Below are positions 18,701 through 25,370 of a stretch of 64,000 bases of DNA, piece after piece. How positions within the stretch are numbered: the stretch's first letter is position 1; the number at the start of each line of letters is the position of its first letter. The DNA is taken from positions 173 to 64,172 of the forward strand of contig JBILVQ010000001.1 of assembly GCA_044370375.1 (NCBI GenBank), written 5' to 3'. The notes under the pieces were generated by a model. The model ran no database searches and was not told the DNA's origin. It saw nothing but the letters and a program-made list of their open reading frames with translations. The translations under genes were made by a program, and so were the position numbers. This DNA comes from Bacteroidia bacterium (GTDB taxonomy: Bacteria > Bacteroidota > Bacteroidia > UBA4408).

Positions 18701-20964
18701 GTGGAAATGATTTTGGAGTTGACGATATCACCATGAATTGTACCAATTGTTCCTCTGTTGCCAACTATGTTTGGAGCAATGGTGCAACAGGTGATTCATT
18801 GGTTGTTGATAGTTCAGGCACTTATACAGTTTCCATTGTCAATGGCTTGAACTGTTCTGCAACTTCACAACCCGTTACCGTGATTGTGAATTTGTTGCCA
18901 CAAATTCCTGCATTTGCCGATACTACTCAATGTGGAGGTAGCATCACTTTGGATGCCGGAAATCCAGGTGCTACTTATCTTTGGTCGAATGGTCAAACTA
19001 CACAAACCATTGTGGTTTCATCAACTTCCGCCAATGTTTTTGTAGCCATTACCAACTCCTGCGGTACCGTTTCCTCTGATACGGTAGATGTAACCATTAA
19101 CGCTATTCCGGTGTTTGACCTTGGTGGTCCATACGATATTTGTAATGGTGGCTCGGTTACGCTTGATCCGGGAATTGCTGGTTTAACGTATGATTGGAGT
19201 ACTTCAGAAACCACACAAAGCATCTCTGTTAGCACAGCAGGTAATGTGATTCTGACTGTTACAAATCCTTTGACCGGATGTAACTTTACCGATACCGCGG
19301 TTGTTAACGTTAACTTCCCTCCGGTTGTAAATTTAGGACCAGACATTGTACAGTGTGGAGGAACGGTAATTTTAGATGCACAGAACCCGGGCTCAACTTA
19401 TTTGTGGTCAAGTGGCGAAACAACACAAACCCTTTCCTTGACAGGTACTCAGGTAACCACTGTTTCGGTTACTGTTACCAATACATGCGGAACTACTGTT
19501 AGTTTGCCAATTACGGTAGATATTCGCCCTGCACCAAGTCCTGCCTTTATTGTGGCCGGTGGTCCAACCACTCTTTGTGAAGGAGATTCTGTAGAATTAT
19601 TCGCCAGCCCCGGAACATCCTATATATGGGCACCGGGTGGTGAAACAACCAATTCCATCACGGTTGGTGTTTCGGGCACTTATGGAGTAACGGTTATTGA
19701 TGGAAATGGTTGTCCGTCCATCGCACCTGCTGTAGTGGTGGATGTATTGCCATTGCCTGGTGTACCAGCTATTATTACTGCAAACGGACCAACGACCTTT
19801 TGCCTTGGCGGTTCCGTTACTTTGAGTTCAGCTAGCTTAACAGGAAATACCTGGTTGCCATCCGGTAATACGAATAATGCCATAACCGTATTCAATGGCG
19901 GCCCTGTAGTATTAGTTGTTACTGCACCAAATGGATGTTCTTCGGTTTCTGATACGGTGGATGTAATTGTAAATTTCCCACCTCCAGCCTTTGTTGTTGT
20001 TAATGGAAATCCTAATCTGTGTTTAGGGGATTCATTGGTGTTAACAGCAAACAATGGTCAAGGCTTTACCTACTTATGGTCACCCGGTGGACAAACAAGC
20101 CCGTCCATTTCGGTTGCTGCGGCTGGAGACTACACTGTAACAGTAACTGATACGAATAATTGTTCTTCTACCTCCATTGCAACCAATGTGGTTTCGATAA
20201 CTCCACCTCCTATTCCGGTAATTAGTTCCTCAGGGGCTTTGGCTTGCTTTACAGGAAGTGTAACACTTTCTGCAAGTGGTCAGGGCGACTTTGTTTGGTC
20301 TAACGGTCTTGTTGGGTCAGTGGTAGAGGTAAATCAACCGGGAGATTATTTTGTGACGGTAACCAACACATTCTCTTGTTCATCGGTATCAGATACCATA
20401 ACCCTAGTTCCTTCCAAGGATATGAGTGTTACATTGAGTAGTCCGGTTTATGAAAGCAACCAGAAAAATATTCGTTGTTTCGAAGGATCGGATGGGGTAA
20501 TTGAAGCCAAAGTAGAAGGTGGTTACGAACCATTTACCTACGCTTGGTCTAATGGAGCCACCACAGCCAAAATTGAAGGGGTTAAAGGAGGGAATATTGA
20601 TTACGTGGTAACGGTAACAGATGCCTATGGTTGTACAGCAACCCAAACTATTCAACTTACCACTCCGGAAAATCCTTTGGAACAGACGCCTCAGGGCTTC
20701 TCGCCTGATGGTAATGGAGTTAACGATAAGTTTATCATTCCAGGAATTGAGTCTTATTCAAATGTAAAGATTTGGATTTATAATCGTTGGGGCAATGAAC
20801 TGTATCAGGTAAATGGAACTTACAATACAGAAAATGCTTGGGATGGAACCGGACCCAACGGAAGCCAGTTACCTGATGGAACTTACTTCATGGTACTTGA
20901 AGCAGAATCACCTGAATGTGGCACCATTGCTACACAACGTTACATTGAACTTAGAAGGAAATAA
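9757..20964 (+). CDS. Giant (3735 aa) SprB-like cell-surface adhesin, a T9SS type-B cargo. Its order of parts is signal peptide, parallel beta-helix domain, about 41 Ig-like repeats (one carrying a nested CBM4/9-like domain), a SprB repeat, and a CHU_C/type-B C-terminal domain.
   Basis: The signal peptide is MMNFNLKCIAKEKFILKSVISCFLWAFAFSALLL. Aa ~40-385 carry GGGIY/GGGIC beta-helix repeats ending in DQRGIVR...DIGAVEY. Aa ~385-3560 carry repeats of about 80 aa with two conserved Cys (..GPTTFCQGGSV.LTS...LWSNGETTQSI.V..SGNY.V.....NGCSS.S). The SprB-repeat motif is CFEGSDGVIEAKVEGGYEPFTYAWSNGA. The C-terminus (FSPDGNGVNDKFIIPG...YNRWGNELYQ...DGTYFMV) matches the gliding-motility-associated C-terminal domain / T9SS type-B CTD. 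Confidence 0.85.
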   Translation: MMNFNLKCIAKEKFILKSVISCFLWAFAFSALLLSPRTAGATVFNVNTLVDGGPGSLRAAILAANNDGTATAGAPHIINLTGLSGTLTLDSALRNVENHITFNGPSNNSLTIRRNPTAPTFSVFLIKPFSTPNIVVRMNNLVVTEGNSLTGGGIYVEASTLVINQCRIFRNFSSNGLGGGICINDAEVEINNSTIDNNRNLAGLGGGIYMNLGSLLMNNCTVFGNRASIGGGIDKADIGAMVINNCTFTRDTADDIGGGIYNDFGVFELNNSIVTGNLGVNGGNDIVQGVFSTFGHNLIGNINGVVFFGNQTGNTGAGVNASFVLNQTLANNSGPTPTCVLVPCSPAIDNGTSNAYPLPISSATDQRGIVRSNFGTAFDIGAVEYSGPISSDVSRCGPGQVTITAFAGTAYLWYDAPVGGNLLGFGANFNVSINTSTTIYLADFFNGCESTTRIPVNVTILPLAPQPTITPLGSTTFCDGGSLVLESSTDPTYVSFDWEPGTGTGQTFQVTSAGSYTVTVVDLNGCSATSNPVLVTVNPNPVPVITSSGSLNLCSGTTVTLVSSIPSGNLWNTGETNDSLVVNTAGSYFTVVTDANGCSGQSNTIVINAVPVPQTPVISASGPTTFCTGGSVTLTSSSATGNLWGPNGETTQSIVVNTSGTYFLTVSDGNNCVSDTAFVTVVVNSLPQVTVSPAGPVNICQGSSTVLTSSQPTGNVWSDNSTGNTLTVSAAGSYFVTFTDGNGCSAVSNTVVVNTTNAPTPPVITANGPLTFCDGNSVVLTSNIAANILWSTGETTQSITVVNSGSYTVSVTVNGCSSTSQPVNVTVTPGPVAAVITPSGPITFCAGSSVTLTSDIASGILWSTGESTQSIVVNASGSYTVSVTDGSGCTTESLPVVVTVNPLPTTPVITPSGPTTFCFGQSVTLTSSSATGNVWSTGETTQSIVVSSTQVITLTVTDNNLCSSTSLPLSITVNPLPQTPTITPGGNPTFCLGESITLTSSPAVSYSWSPSVGTSQTITVIASGSYTVTITDINGCTATSNPFAVNVNQPTPVSITGDNTFCQGSTANLSASAGVSWLWSTGQTTQNISVAQSGSYTVEIIDANGCASVSAPFVVTELLTPNPVVNPAGPIQACSNETVVLTSSFGSGNVWSNGETTQSINVTSSGSYFTVITGNNGCIGTSNIVEVIILPAPTAPVVTSSGSTNICTGSSVTLTSDVATNIIWNTGETTPSINVSLSGSYFVTVTAPNGCSSSSIPVTVVVDLPPAAPLLPSPVSQCGGIVTLDAGAVNAGTSYLWSTGETTQTIAVNVSGNYFVTLTNNCGSVNSNTAVVTILPVPVAPIITANGPTTFCQGGSVDLTSDVASNILWNNGSNAQTISVNQTGNYFVVFTDANGCTAASNGIDVIVDIPLLAPVLPTNISQCGGGLVLDAGFFGGSTSYLWSTGETTQTITVNATGTYSVEVTNACGTVTSNLADITIIPLPPAPVITANGPTTFCQGGSVTLTSSALSNNLWSNGETTQSILVNQSGNYSVTIAGVNGCSSSSNTITVIVDIPPVASNLGGPYVQCGGTVTLDAGNSGGSTTFLWSNGETTQTINVATSGNYQVVITNSCGSVTSTVALVTIEPVPPVPSILPNGPATFCQGGQVTLTASVDPSVVSLLWSTSETSNSISVATTGSYTVTAFSANGCSATSLPTIVTVDFPPVAPNLGGPYNQCGGTVFLEANFFGGSTTYLWSNGETTQSILAATSGNYSVTITNSCGSVTSAPATVIINPLPTTPLISASGPTNFCQGGSVDLSVIFDPSVTSVLWSTGETTNTITVSTGGSYFVTVFGANNCSSTSAPINVNVNTLPVSPVLPASISQCGGSVTLDAGPVQPGSVYAWSNGESTQTITVTASGNYFVTIINACGTALSNVSQVEILQAPPAPLVTASGPTTFCQGASVDLTASFSNNIIWNTGETTQTISVSQSGNYFVVFTAANGCTSSSIPVTVIVDLPPVAPVLPPSITQCGGSVTLDAGSLGGSTSYLWSNGATTSSITVTVSGSYSVLVSNSCGTVLSNVSVVTIEPLPPAPVVTAGGPTTFCQGGSVTLNSDVSTGIVWSNGSTDPSIVVSQSGNYFVSVISANGCSNSSNIVTVIVDVPPTAPNLGGPYVQCGGQLTLSAGILGGSTTYLWSNGETTPSISVNQSGNYSVVVTNSCGSVTSTTANVTINPLPTTPTIQANGPISFCEGSSVDLTAIVDNTVLGLTWNTGETTNTITVDTSGAYFVTVFGANNCSASSLPVTVSVDTLPTAPDLGGPITQCGGTVTLDAGFFGGSTNYLWSNGETTQTIVVTSSGLYSVAISNSCGSVISNPVVINIETPPATPVIVPSGPLDICLGSSVDLTINPDPTVVAVLWSTGETTNTITVSSAQAIFVTVTDANGCSSISLTVNVNVDNPPVAVVLPDTVDQCGGTVTLDAGLIPSGSTYLWSTGETTQTIVVANSGVFNVSVINSCGTALSNDVVVNLLAAPPIPTITASGPTTFCVGDSVGLTVSNDPLVTSILWSTGETTPTIFASTPNALTVTVSYANGCSSSSLPTSIVVQNPPVAAVLGGPFTQCGGTLTLDAGVIPPGSVYAWSNSETTQTITVSQSGNYFVTISNSCGSITSDTADVIINQLPNTPLITSSGPTTFCIGDSVVLTSSNPNNNLWSNGLTTQSITVDTAGTFTVSVVSAPGCSATSNPITIVVQNPLVAVNLGGDVNECGSNVVLNAGNPGSTYTWTDLTGNNILSPTQSVTLVNSGFVFVVVENACNSVTSDTITVTINASPATPVINVTGSLTFCEGDSVLLVASGGSSVDLINNGDFSSGANGFVSDYNFSNNLIPEATYNVGPDASVFHPSFNGSGNNGGNFLVVNGSSTPGQSVWSQTVSVQPGASYDIGLFLSSMVAGNPGEIQLRVDGIDVGAVMNCPGSINTWVPFTQTWTAGVSPFANLSLHSMSSTSGGNDFGVDDITMNCTNCSSVANYVWSNGATGDSLVVDSSGTYTVSIVNGLNCSATSQPVTVIVNLLPQIPAFADTTQCGGSITLDAGNPGATYLWSNGQTTQTIVVSSTSANVFVAITNSCGTVSSDTVDVTINAIPVFDLGGPYDICNGGSVTLDPGIAGLTYDWSTSETTQSISVSTAGNVILTVTNPLTGCNFTDTAVVNVNFPPVVNLGPDIVQCGGTVILDAQNPGSTYLWSSGETTQTLSLTGTQVTTVSVTVTNTCGTTVSLPITVDIRPAPSPAFIVAGGPTTLCEGDSVELFASPGTSYIWAPGGETTNSITVGVSGTYGVTVIDGNGCPSIAPAVVVDVLPLPGVPAIITANGPTTFCLGGSVTLSSASLTGNTWLPSGNTNNAITVFNGGPVVLVVTAPNGCSSVSDTVDVIVNFPPPAFVVVNGNPNLCLGDSLVLTANNGQGFTYLWSPGGQTSPSISVAAAGDYTVTVTDTNNCSSTSIATNVVSITPPPIPVISSSGALACFTGSVTLSASGQGDFVWSNGLVGSVVEVNQPGDYFVTVTNTFSCSSVSDTITLVPSKDMSVTLSSPVYESNQKNIRCFEGSDGVIEAKVEGGYEPFTYAWSNGATTAKIEGVKGGNIDYVVTVTDAYGCTATQTIQLTTPENPLEQTPQGFSPDGNGVNDKFIIPGIESYSNVKIWIYNRWGNELYQVNGTYNTENAWDGTGPNGSQLPDGTYFMVLEAESPECGTIATQRYIELRRK
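10909..20440 (+). repeat. In-frame tandem array of about 41 Ig-like repeats of about 80 aa (~240 bp) inside the adhesin gene. In the central roughly 13 pairs, two repeat sub-types alternate as A/B, giving a ~480-bp super-repeat.
   Basis: The protein-level periodicity can be read directly. Type A repeats read GPTTFCQGGSV.LTSD....I.WNTGETT..I.V..SGNYFV.....NGC.SSS. Type B repeats read QCGG.VTLDAG..GGST.YLWSNGETTQTI.V...GNY.V...NSCG.V.S. The DNA copies are diverged, at roughly 65-75% identity by eye, and no exact long DNA repeats were seen. Confidence 0.75.
18262..18750 (+). other. CBM4/9-like (galactose-binding-like jelly-roll) domain nested inside an Ig-like repeat of the adhesin
   Basis: A segment of about 163 aa (VDLINNGDFSSGANGF...SVWSQTVSVQPGASYDIGLF...NDFGVDDITMNC) interrupts a repeat between its first half (TFCEGDSVLLVASGG) and its second half (SSVANYVWSNGATGDSLVV...NCSATS). 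The NGDF...W...G.Y......DD..M/L pattern resembles CBM_4_9. Confidence 0.5.
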
Positions 20965-20969
20965 TCAGA

Positions 20970-21932
20970 ATGAAAAGGAAAATGCAGCAACACAATAAAT
21001 ATCTTTTCATGAAAAGGATAGCAGCACTAATTGCAGTCTTGATGCTTACCTCAGGGGCACTAAAAGCTCAGCAGGATATCATGATAAGCCAATATATGTT
21101 TAACGGATTATTTTTGAATCCTGCCTATGCCGGTTCGCATAAATACATGGGAGCAAGTTTGCTTCACAGGCGTCAGTGGGTAAATTTCCCTGGGGCACCT
21201 GTTACCAGTATTTTTGCAATCGACGGGCCTTTGGCCAACAGAAGAATGGGCTGGGGAATGATGGTGGCAACAGAGAAAATTGGAGCTACCAGCCAAACAG
21301 ATTTATTTGGTAATTATTCCTACAACATTCCATTAGCGAAAGGAAAACTTTCTTTTGGTTTAAGAGCAGGAGGGTCATTGGTAACCGCAAATCTGGCACA
21401 GTTAAAAACTGTAGAAAGCGGAGATGAGGCTTTTGCAACCAATATCCGTTCAAAGTTCCTTCCCAAATTTGGTGCAGGGGTTTATTATTATGCTAAGATG
21501 TTCTATGCAGGTATCTCTGTTCCAACGCTGGTTGCTTACGACTCAAAAAGGGACTTTAGTTTCGATGTTTCAAAATCTTCAAGTGTAAGAAATCATACCT
21601 TCTTAACAGCGGGCTATGTATTTGTCGTTAATCCAATGGTTAAACTAAAGCCTTCGGTTTTGGTGAAATATCAGCCGGCAGCTCCTGTACAGGCAGATAT
21701 TAACCTTAATGTTTTGTTAAACGATGTACTATGGCTGGGAAGTTCTTTCCGCACAGGTGAATCTATTGTAGGTTTGGTTGAATATCAAATTAATCCAATG
21801 TTCAGAGTGGGTTATGCCTTTGATTACAACCTAACACAAATTCGTAAATTCTCAGCAGGTTCACACGAAATTATGCTTGGAATTGATTTTGGCCGTGATA
21901 TTCTGAAAACCAAGAACCCTCGATTCTTTTAA
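20970..21932 (+). CDS. Type IX secretion system membrane protein, PorP/SprF family
   Basis: The signal peptide is followed by the family N-terminal signature QQDIMISQYMFNGLFLNPAYAG. The length of about 300 aa is typical of an outer-membrane beta-barrel. It lies immediately downstream of a type-B CTD cargo gene (6-nt gap). The true start is probably the internal Met at about 21009 (MKRIAALIAVLML...). Confidence 0.8.
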   Translation: MKRKMQQHNKYLFMKRIAALIAVLMLTSGALKAQQDIMISQYMFNGLFLNPAYAGSHKYMGASLLHRRQWVNFPGAPVTSIFAIDGPLANRRMGWGMMVATEKIGATSQTDLFGNYSYNIPLAKGKLSFGLRAGGSLVTANLAQLKTVESGDEAFATNIRSKFLPKFGAGVYYYAKMFYAGISVPTLVAYDSKRDFSFDVSKSSSVRNHTFLTAGYVFVVNPMVKLKPSVLVKYQPAAPVQADINLNVLLNDVLWLGSSFRTGESIVGLVEYQINPMFRVGYAFDYNLTQIRKFSAGSHEIMLGIDFGRDILKTKNPRFF

Positions 21933-21935
21933 TTT

Positions 21936-23861
21936 TTGAAATCTGACATGAAATTCCCACTTCCAAGAACGATTCTCCTTGCTGCCATTCTCCTGCTTTC
22001 TTTGTCAGGATGTACCAGATACTACATTAGCCAGGGGAACAAAAATTTTGATGCACTTGCTTATTATAAAGCTGCACAGTTTTACGAAAAAGCTGTGGCC
22101 AAAAAGCAAGACCCGAAAGCATTAACCAATCTTGCCGTTTGCTATCGTTCTATGAACGAATACAAAAAAGCAGAGGATACTTATGCAAAAGTTGTTGCAC
22201 TTCCGGGTGTAGATCCAATGCATACTTTGTCGTACGCAAAGGTTTTAATGAACAATGGAAAAACCGAACAAGCTGCTGAACAGTTAAAGAATTATCTAAA
22301 GCTAAAGCCAACTGACTCCAGTGCTGAAATGCTTTTACGTTCTTTAAATGAGCGCAATACCATGATGAAGGATACCACCCAATGGTCTTTGACCGCGGTA
22401 AAAATGGGAGGTATTCAAGAGTTTTTTAGTCCGGTTAGATATAAGGATGGTTATATTTTTTCTGCCACCGGTGAGGCTTCTAAAACAGAGGCCAATCCAT
22501 CAACAGGAAAAGGTTATTACGATTTGTATTTTGTAAAGCAAGATGCTTCAGGCAATTTTGGTACGCCTGCTAAATTAGAAGGTCATATCAATGGTAAATT
22601 ACATGATGGGATGGCTGCTGTGGTACCGGGAGGAAATGAACTTTATTATACCACCACCAATGATGAAGGACTGAACGAGGAGGAACGATACGAAAAAGTA
22701 ATCGGTTTAAAAATTCAGAAGGATGTAATGAAAGACGGAAAGTGGGAGAAAGCCGAAGATTTTCCGCACAACAGCGGGGATTATTCTACAGGACATCCTA
22801 CACTCACCTATGATGGTAAAACCATGTATTTTATTTCGGATAAACCGGGAGGTAGCGGAGGCACTGATATATATTCTACCAAATTGGTAAATGGTGCATG
22901 GTCTGCTCCTGAAAATTTGGGTTCATTGATTAATACTCCTGAAAATGAAATGTTTCCGTATGTGGACAGTTTAGGCAATTTGTATTTTTCAAGTTTCGGT
23001 CATAAAACCATGGGCGGCTTGGATGTATTTGTTTGCAAAAACGAAATGGGAAAACTCTCTCCACCGGTGAACCTTAACTATCCATTGAACTCAAGTAAGG
23101 ATGACTTTAGTTTCTCTATTGACAATAACGGAACCCGTGGTTTAGTTTCTTCCAATCGTTCAGGAACAGATAAAATTTATTCCTTTACAAAGAACCCGGC
23201 AAAAATTGAAGTAACCGGAACCGTAAGCAGCAAAGTTGATGGCAAGCCATTGGCCAATGTTAAAATTGATATTTCAGATAAAATGGGTGGTTCAACGGTA
23301 ACGGTTTATACCGATGAAGCAGGGAATTACAAGGCTGTTTTGGAGTCGGAAAAGGAATTTGAATTTTCAGTATCCAAAGACGGATATTTTGCGCAAACTG
23401 CAACGGTAAGTACAAAAGGAAAGAAAGACAACCTAAAACAGGATTTTGTGTTGGATGAGTTGGTAATTGATAAGCCTGTGGTAATTGACCAAAGCGAAGA
23501 TCCCAACAAACCAAGACCTATTTTCTTTGACTTCGATAAATGGGATATCAGGCCTGATGCTTACGAAAATCTGAACAAATTAGTGAAGCTGTTGAAGGAT
23601 AATCCGAAGGTTAATATTGAACTAAGTTCGCACACCGATTGTAGAGGAACTGATTCTTACAATCAGAAACTATCTGAAAGAAGAGCCAAGTCAACTGCCA
23701 AATATCTTACGGAAAAGGGTATCAAATCCAAGAGAATCAAGTCAAAAGGTTACGGTGAAAGAAAATTGGTGAATAAATGTGCTGATGGAGTACCGTGTTC
23801 AACTGAGGAGCATCAGGAAAACAGAAGAACCGAATTCAAAGTAATCAGTGTTGACAAATAA
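21936..23861 (+). CDS. OmpA-family lipoprotein with TPR repeats, a TolB-like beta-propeller region and a C-terminal OmpA/MotB peptidoglycan-binding domain
   Basis: A lipobox is present (LLLSLSGC). The N-terminal third carries TPR-like repeats. The middle carries WD40/TolB-like repeats (MYFISDKPGGSGGTDIYS..., LYFSSFGHKTMGGLDVF). The OmpA-domain C-terminus reads FDFDKWDIRPDAYENLNKLVKLL...ELSSHTDCRGTDSYNQKLSERRAKSTAKYL. Confidence 0.8.
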   Translation: MKSDMKFPLPRTILLAAILLLSLSGCTRYYISQGNKNFDALAYYKAAQFYEKAVAKKQDPKALTNLAVCYRSMNEYKKAEDTYAKVVALPGVDPMHTLSYAKVLMNNGKTEQAAEQLKNYLKLKPTDSSAEMLLRSLNERNTMMKDTTQWSLTAVKMGGIQEFFSPVRYKDGYIFSATGEASKTEANPSTGKGYYDLYFVKQDASGNFGTPAKLEGHINGKLHDGMAAVVPGGNELYYTTTNDEGLNEEERYEKVIGLKIQKDVMKDGKWEKAEDFPHNSGDYSTGHPTLTYDGKTMYFISDKPGGSGGTDIYSTKLVNGAWSAPENLGSLINTPENEMFPYVDSLGNLYFSSFGHKTMGGLDVFVCKNEMGKLSPPVNLNYPLNSSKDDFSFSIDNNGTRGLVSSNRSGTDKIYSFTKNPAKIEVTGTVSSKVDGKPLANVKIDISDKMGGSTVTVYTDEAGNYKAVLESEKEFEFSVSKDGYFAQTATVSTKGKKDNLKQDFVLDELVIDKPVVIDQSEDPNKPRPIFFDFDKWDIRPDAYENLNKLVKLLKDNPKVNIELSSHTDCRGTDSYNQKLSERRAKSTAKYLTEKGIKSKRIKSKGYGERKLVNKCADGVPCSTEEHQENRRTEFKVISVDK

Positions 23862-23982
23862 GGGCAACAGCTGTTTAGGTTTTCTTTGACCGGTTTTGTT
23901 GCGGATTGTGTTATCTTTACACAGAAATTGCGAAGGGACTGCAATGGTTTAATGTTCATCTAATTTAACTTGAATTATTGTC

Positions 23983-24699
23983 ATGATAAAAAGGAAAGAT
24001 CAAGCACATGTGGATTGTCATCATTGTGACTCAAGATTCAAATCTGTTTTTTGCGACCTCGCCTCTGAGGAATTGGAGGCCTTAAACAACCATAAATCTT
24101 GTTCCCAGATTAAAAAAGGACAGGTGATTTTTAATGAAGGATTTCACCCGCATGGAATTTATTGCGTTAACAGTGGGAAAATCAAGGTTTCTCAAATGGG
24201 CGATGCAGGTCGCGAGCACATTGTACGTCTTGCAAAGGATGGCGATATTTTAGGTTATCGTGCGGTTTTGAGTGGTGATAAATATTCTTGTTCAGCAATT
24301 GCTTTAGATGACTGTAATATTTGTTTTGTGCCCAAGGAAGTATTTTTGGGTATGGTACAAAGAGATGTTTCGCTTTCAATGAGCATGATGCGATTGCTCT
24401 CCGACAACCTAAAGCAAGCCGAAACGAGAATAACCGAAATGGCCCAGAAACCGGTGCGTGAAAGATTGGCTGAATCCATATTGTTCCTGAAAGAAACTTA
24501 TGGCTATGAAACCGGTACCAACATTCTTAATGTAACCATGTCGCGGGAGGAGCTTGCCAACATGACAGGAACGGCAACCGAAACCGCCATACGATTACTT
24601 TCGGAGTTAAAATCCGATGGAATTATTGAGCTAACAGGAAAGAAAATTGGCATATTAGACCATTCTAAACTGGTTAAAACCGCCAACTTGTTTGATTAG
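23983..24699 (+). CDS. Crp/Fnr-family transcriptional regulator with an N-terminal Cys cluster (FNR-like)
   Basis: A cNMP-binding-like beta-roll is present in the middle. The C-terminal HTH is REELANMTGTATETAIRLLSELKSDGII. The N-terminus carries Cys at positions 12, 15, 24 and 40 (VDCHHCDSRFKSVFC...HKSC), reminiscent of an FNR Fe-S ligand set. Confidence 0.8.
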   Translation: MIKRKDQAHVDCHHCDSRFKSVFCDLASEELEALNNHKSCSQIKKGQVIFNEGFHPHGIYCVNSGKIKVSQMGDAGREHIVRLAKDGDILGYRAVLSGDKYSCSAIALDDCNICFVPKEVFLGMVQRDVSLSMSMMRLLSDNLKQAETRITEMAQKPVRERLAESILFLKETYGYETGTNILNVTMSREELANMTGTATETAIRLLSELKSDGIIELTGKKIGILDHSKLVKTANLFD

Positions 24700-24794
24700 C
24701 ACTGTTTAACATGATAAAAATCATGTTTTCTATTGACCCTTATCATTCTAATCATTTATAATTGAAGCTAAGTTTGCTGAGATTAATTCAGTAA

Positions 24795-25355
24795 ATGCCT
24801 ACCGATTATTTGTTTCATACCACCCAATTAAAACCTGATGGATTAACCCTGTATCAGGCCGAACGCCATCATGCAGAAACCCGTGTAGTGTTAAACCTAT
24901 TGGGAAAAACCATGGAGCGCTTGGTTACAACTGAGAATTTGCCCGTCCTTTGGCCTGAATTATATGATCGATTTTTAATACTGGCCGATACCATTGAAAA
25001 CAACCAAAGAAAGGAGGAAACTATTTTCTTTCCCTTTGTGGCGAAAATGCTTTCTATTCTTCAAGGCAATAAATCAGTTGATTTTCCGCTGCAAACAATG
25101 GTTAAAAAACCCATTGATCTAATGAGAAAGGAACATGAAAGGGTTAGAAAAATTATGGATGAAATAAGAGACCTTACAGATAATTATTCTTTGAAATCAG
25201 TCAGTTCTTTCGAAGGGAAACTATGTCTTTCAGAATTATTCGTCCTTCATCAAAACCTCGAAAAGCATTTTTACCTTGAAGAAAACATTCTGTTTGAACA
25301 AGTTTTTTTTCTCGAAAATAAATTAAACGAAGCTAATCCGGGTTTTTTTCGATAA
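24795..25355 (+). CDS. Hemerythrin-like (HHE cation-binding) domain protein
   Basis: H/E spacing typical of hemerythrin-like domains is seen in MRKEHERVRKIMDEIRDL and HQNLEKHFYLEENILFEQV (H....E.H...EE..LF), plus an N-terminal ERHHAE. This is a motif-level call only. Confidence 0.45.
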   Translation: MPTDYLFHTTQLKPDGLTLYQAERHHAETRVVLNLLGKTMERLVTTENLPVLWPELYDRFLILADTIENNQRKEETIFFPFVAKMLSILQGNKSVDFPLQTMVKKPIDLMRKEHERVRKIMDEIRDLTDNYSLKSVSSFEGKLCLSELFVLHQNLEKHFYLEENILFEQVFFLENKLNEANPGFFR

Positions 25356-25370
25356 TATTGTTAAGCCCAA

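Noticed and set aside
10909-20440. Possible CRISPR array or DNA-level tandem repeats within the 11-kb gene
   Set aside because: The periodicity is ~240 bp of in-frame protein-coding repeats with diverged DNA. No short direct repeats with unique spacers exist, and there are no cas genes in the window.
10402-20655. Many 60-125-aa minus-strand ORFs inside the giant adhesin gene (e.g. 13257-13604, 17937-18302, 19680-20054)
   Set aside because: All are antisense to a clearly coding, motif-rich repeat array. They are open by chance because of the Thr/Gly/Val-rich repeat codons.
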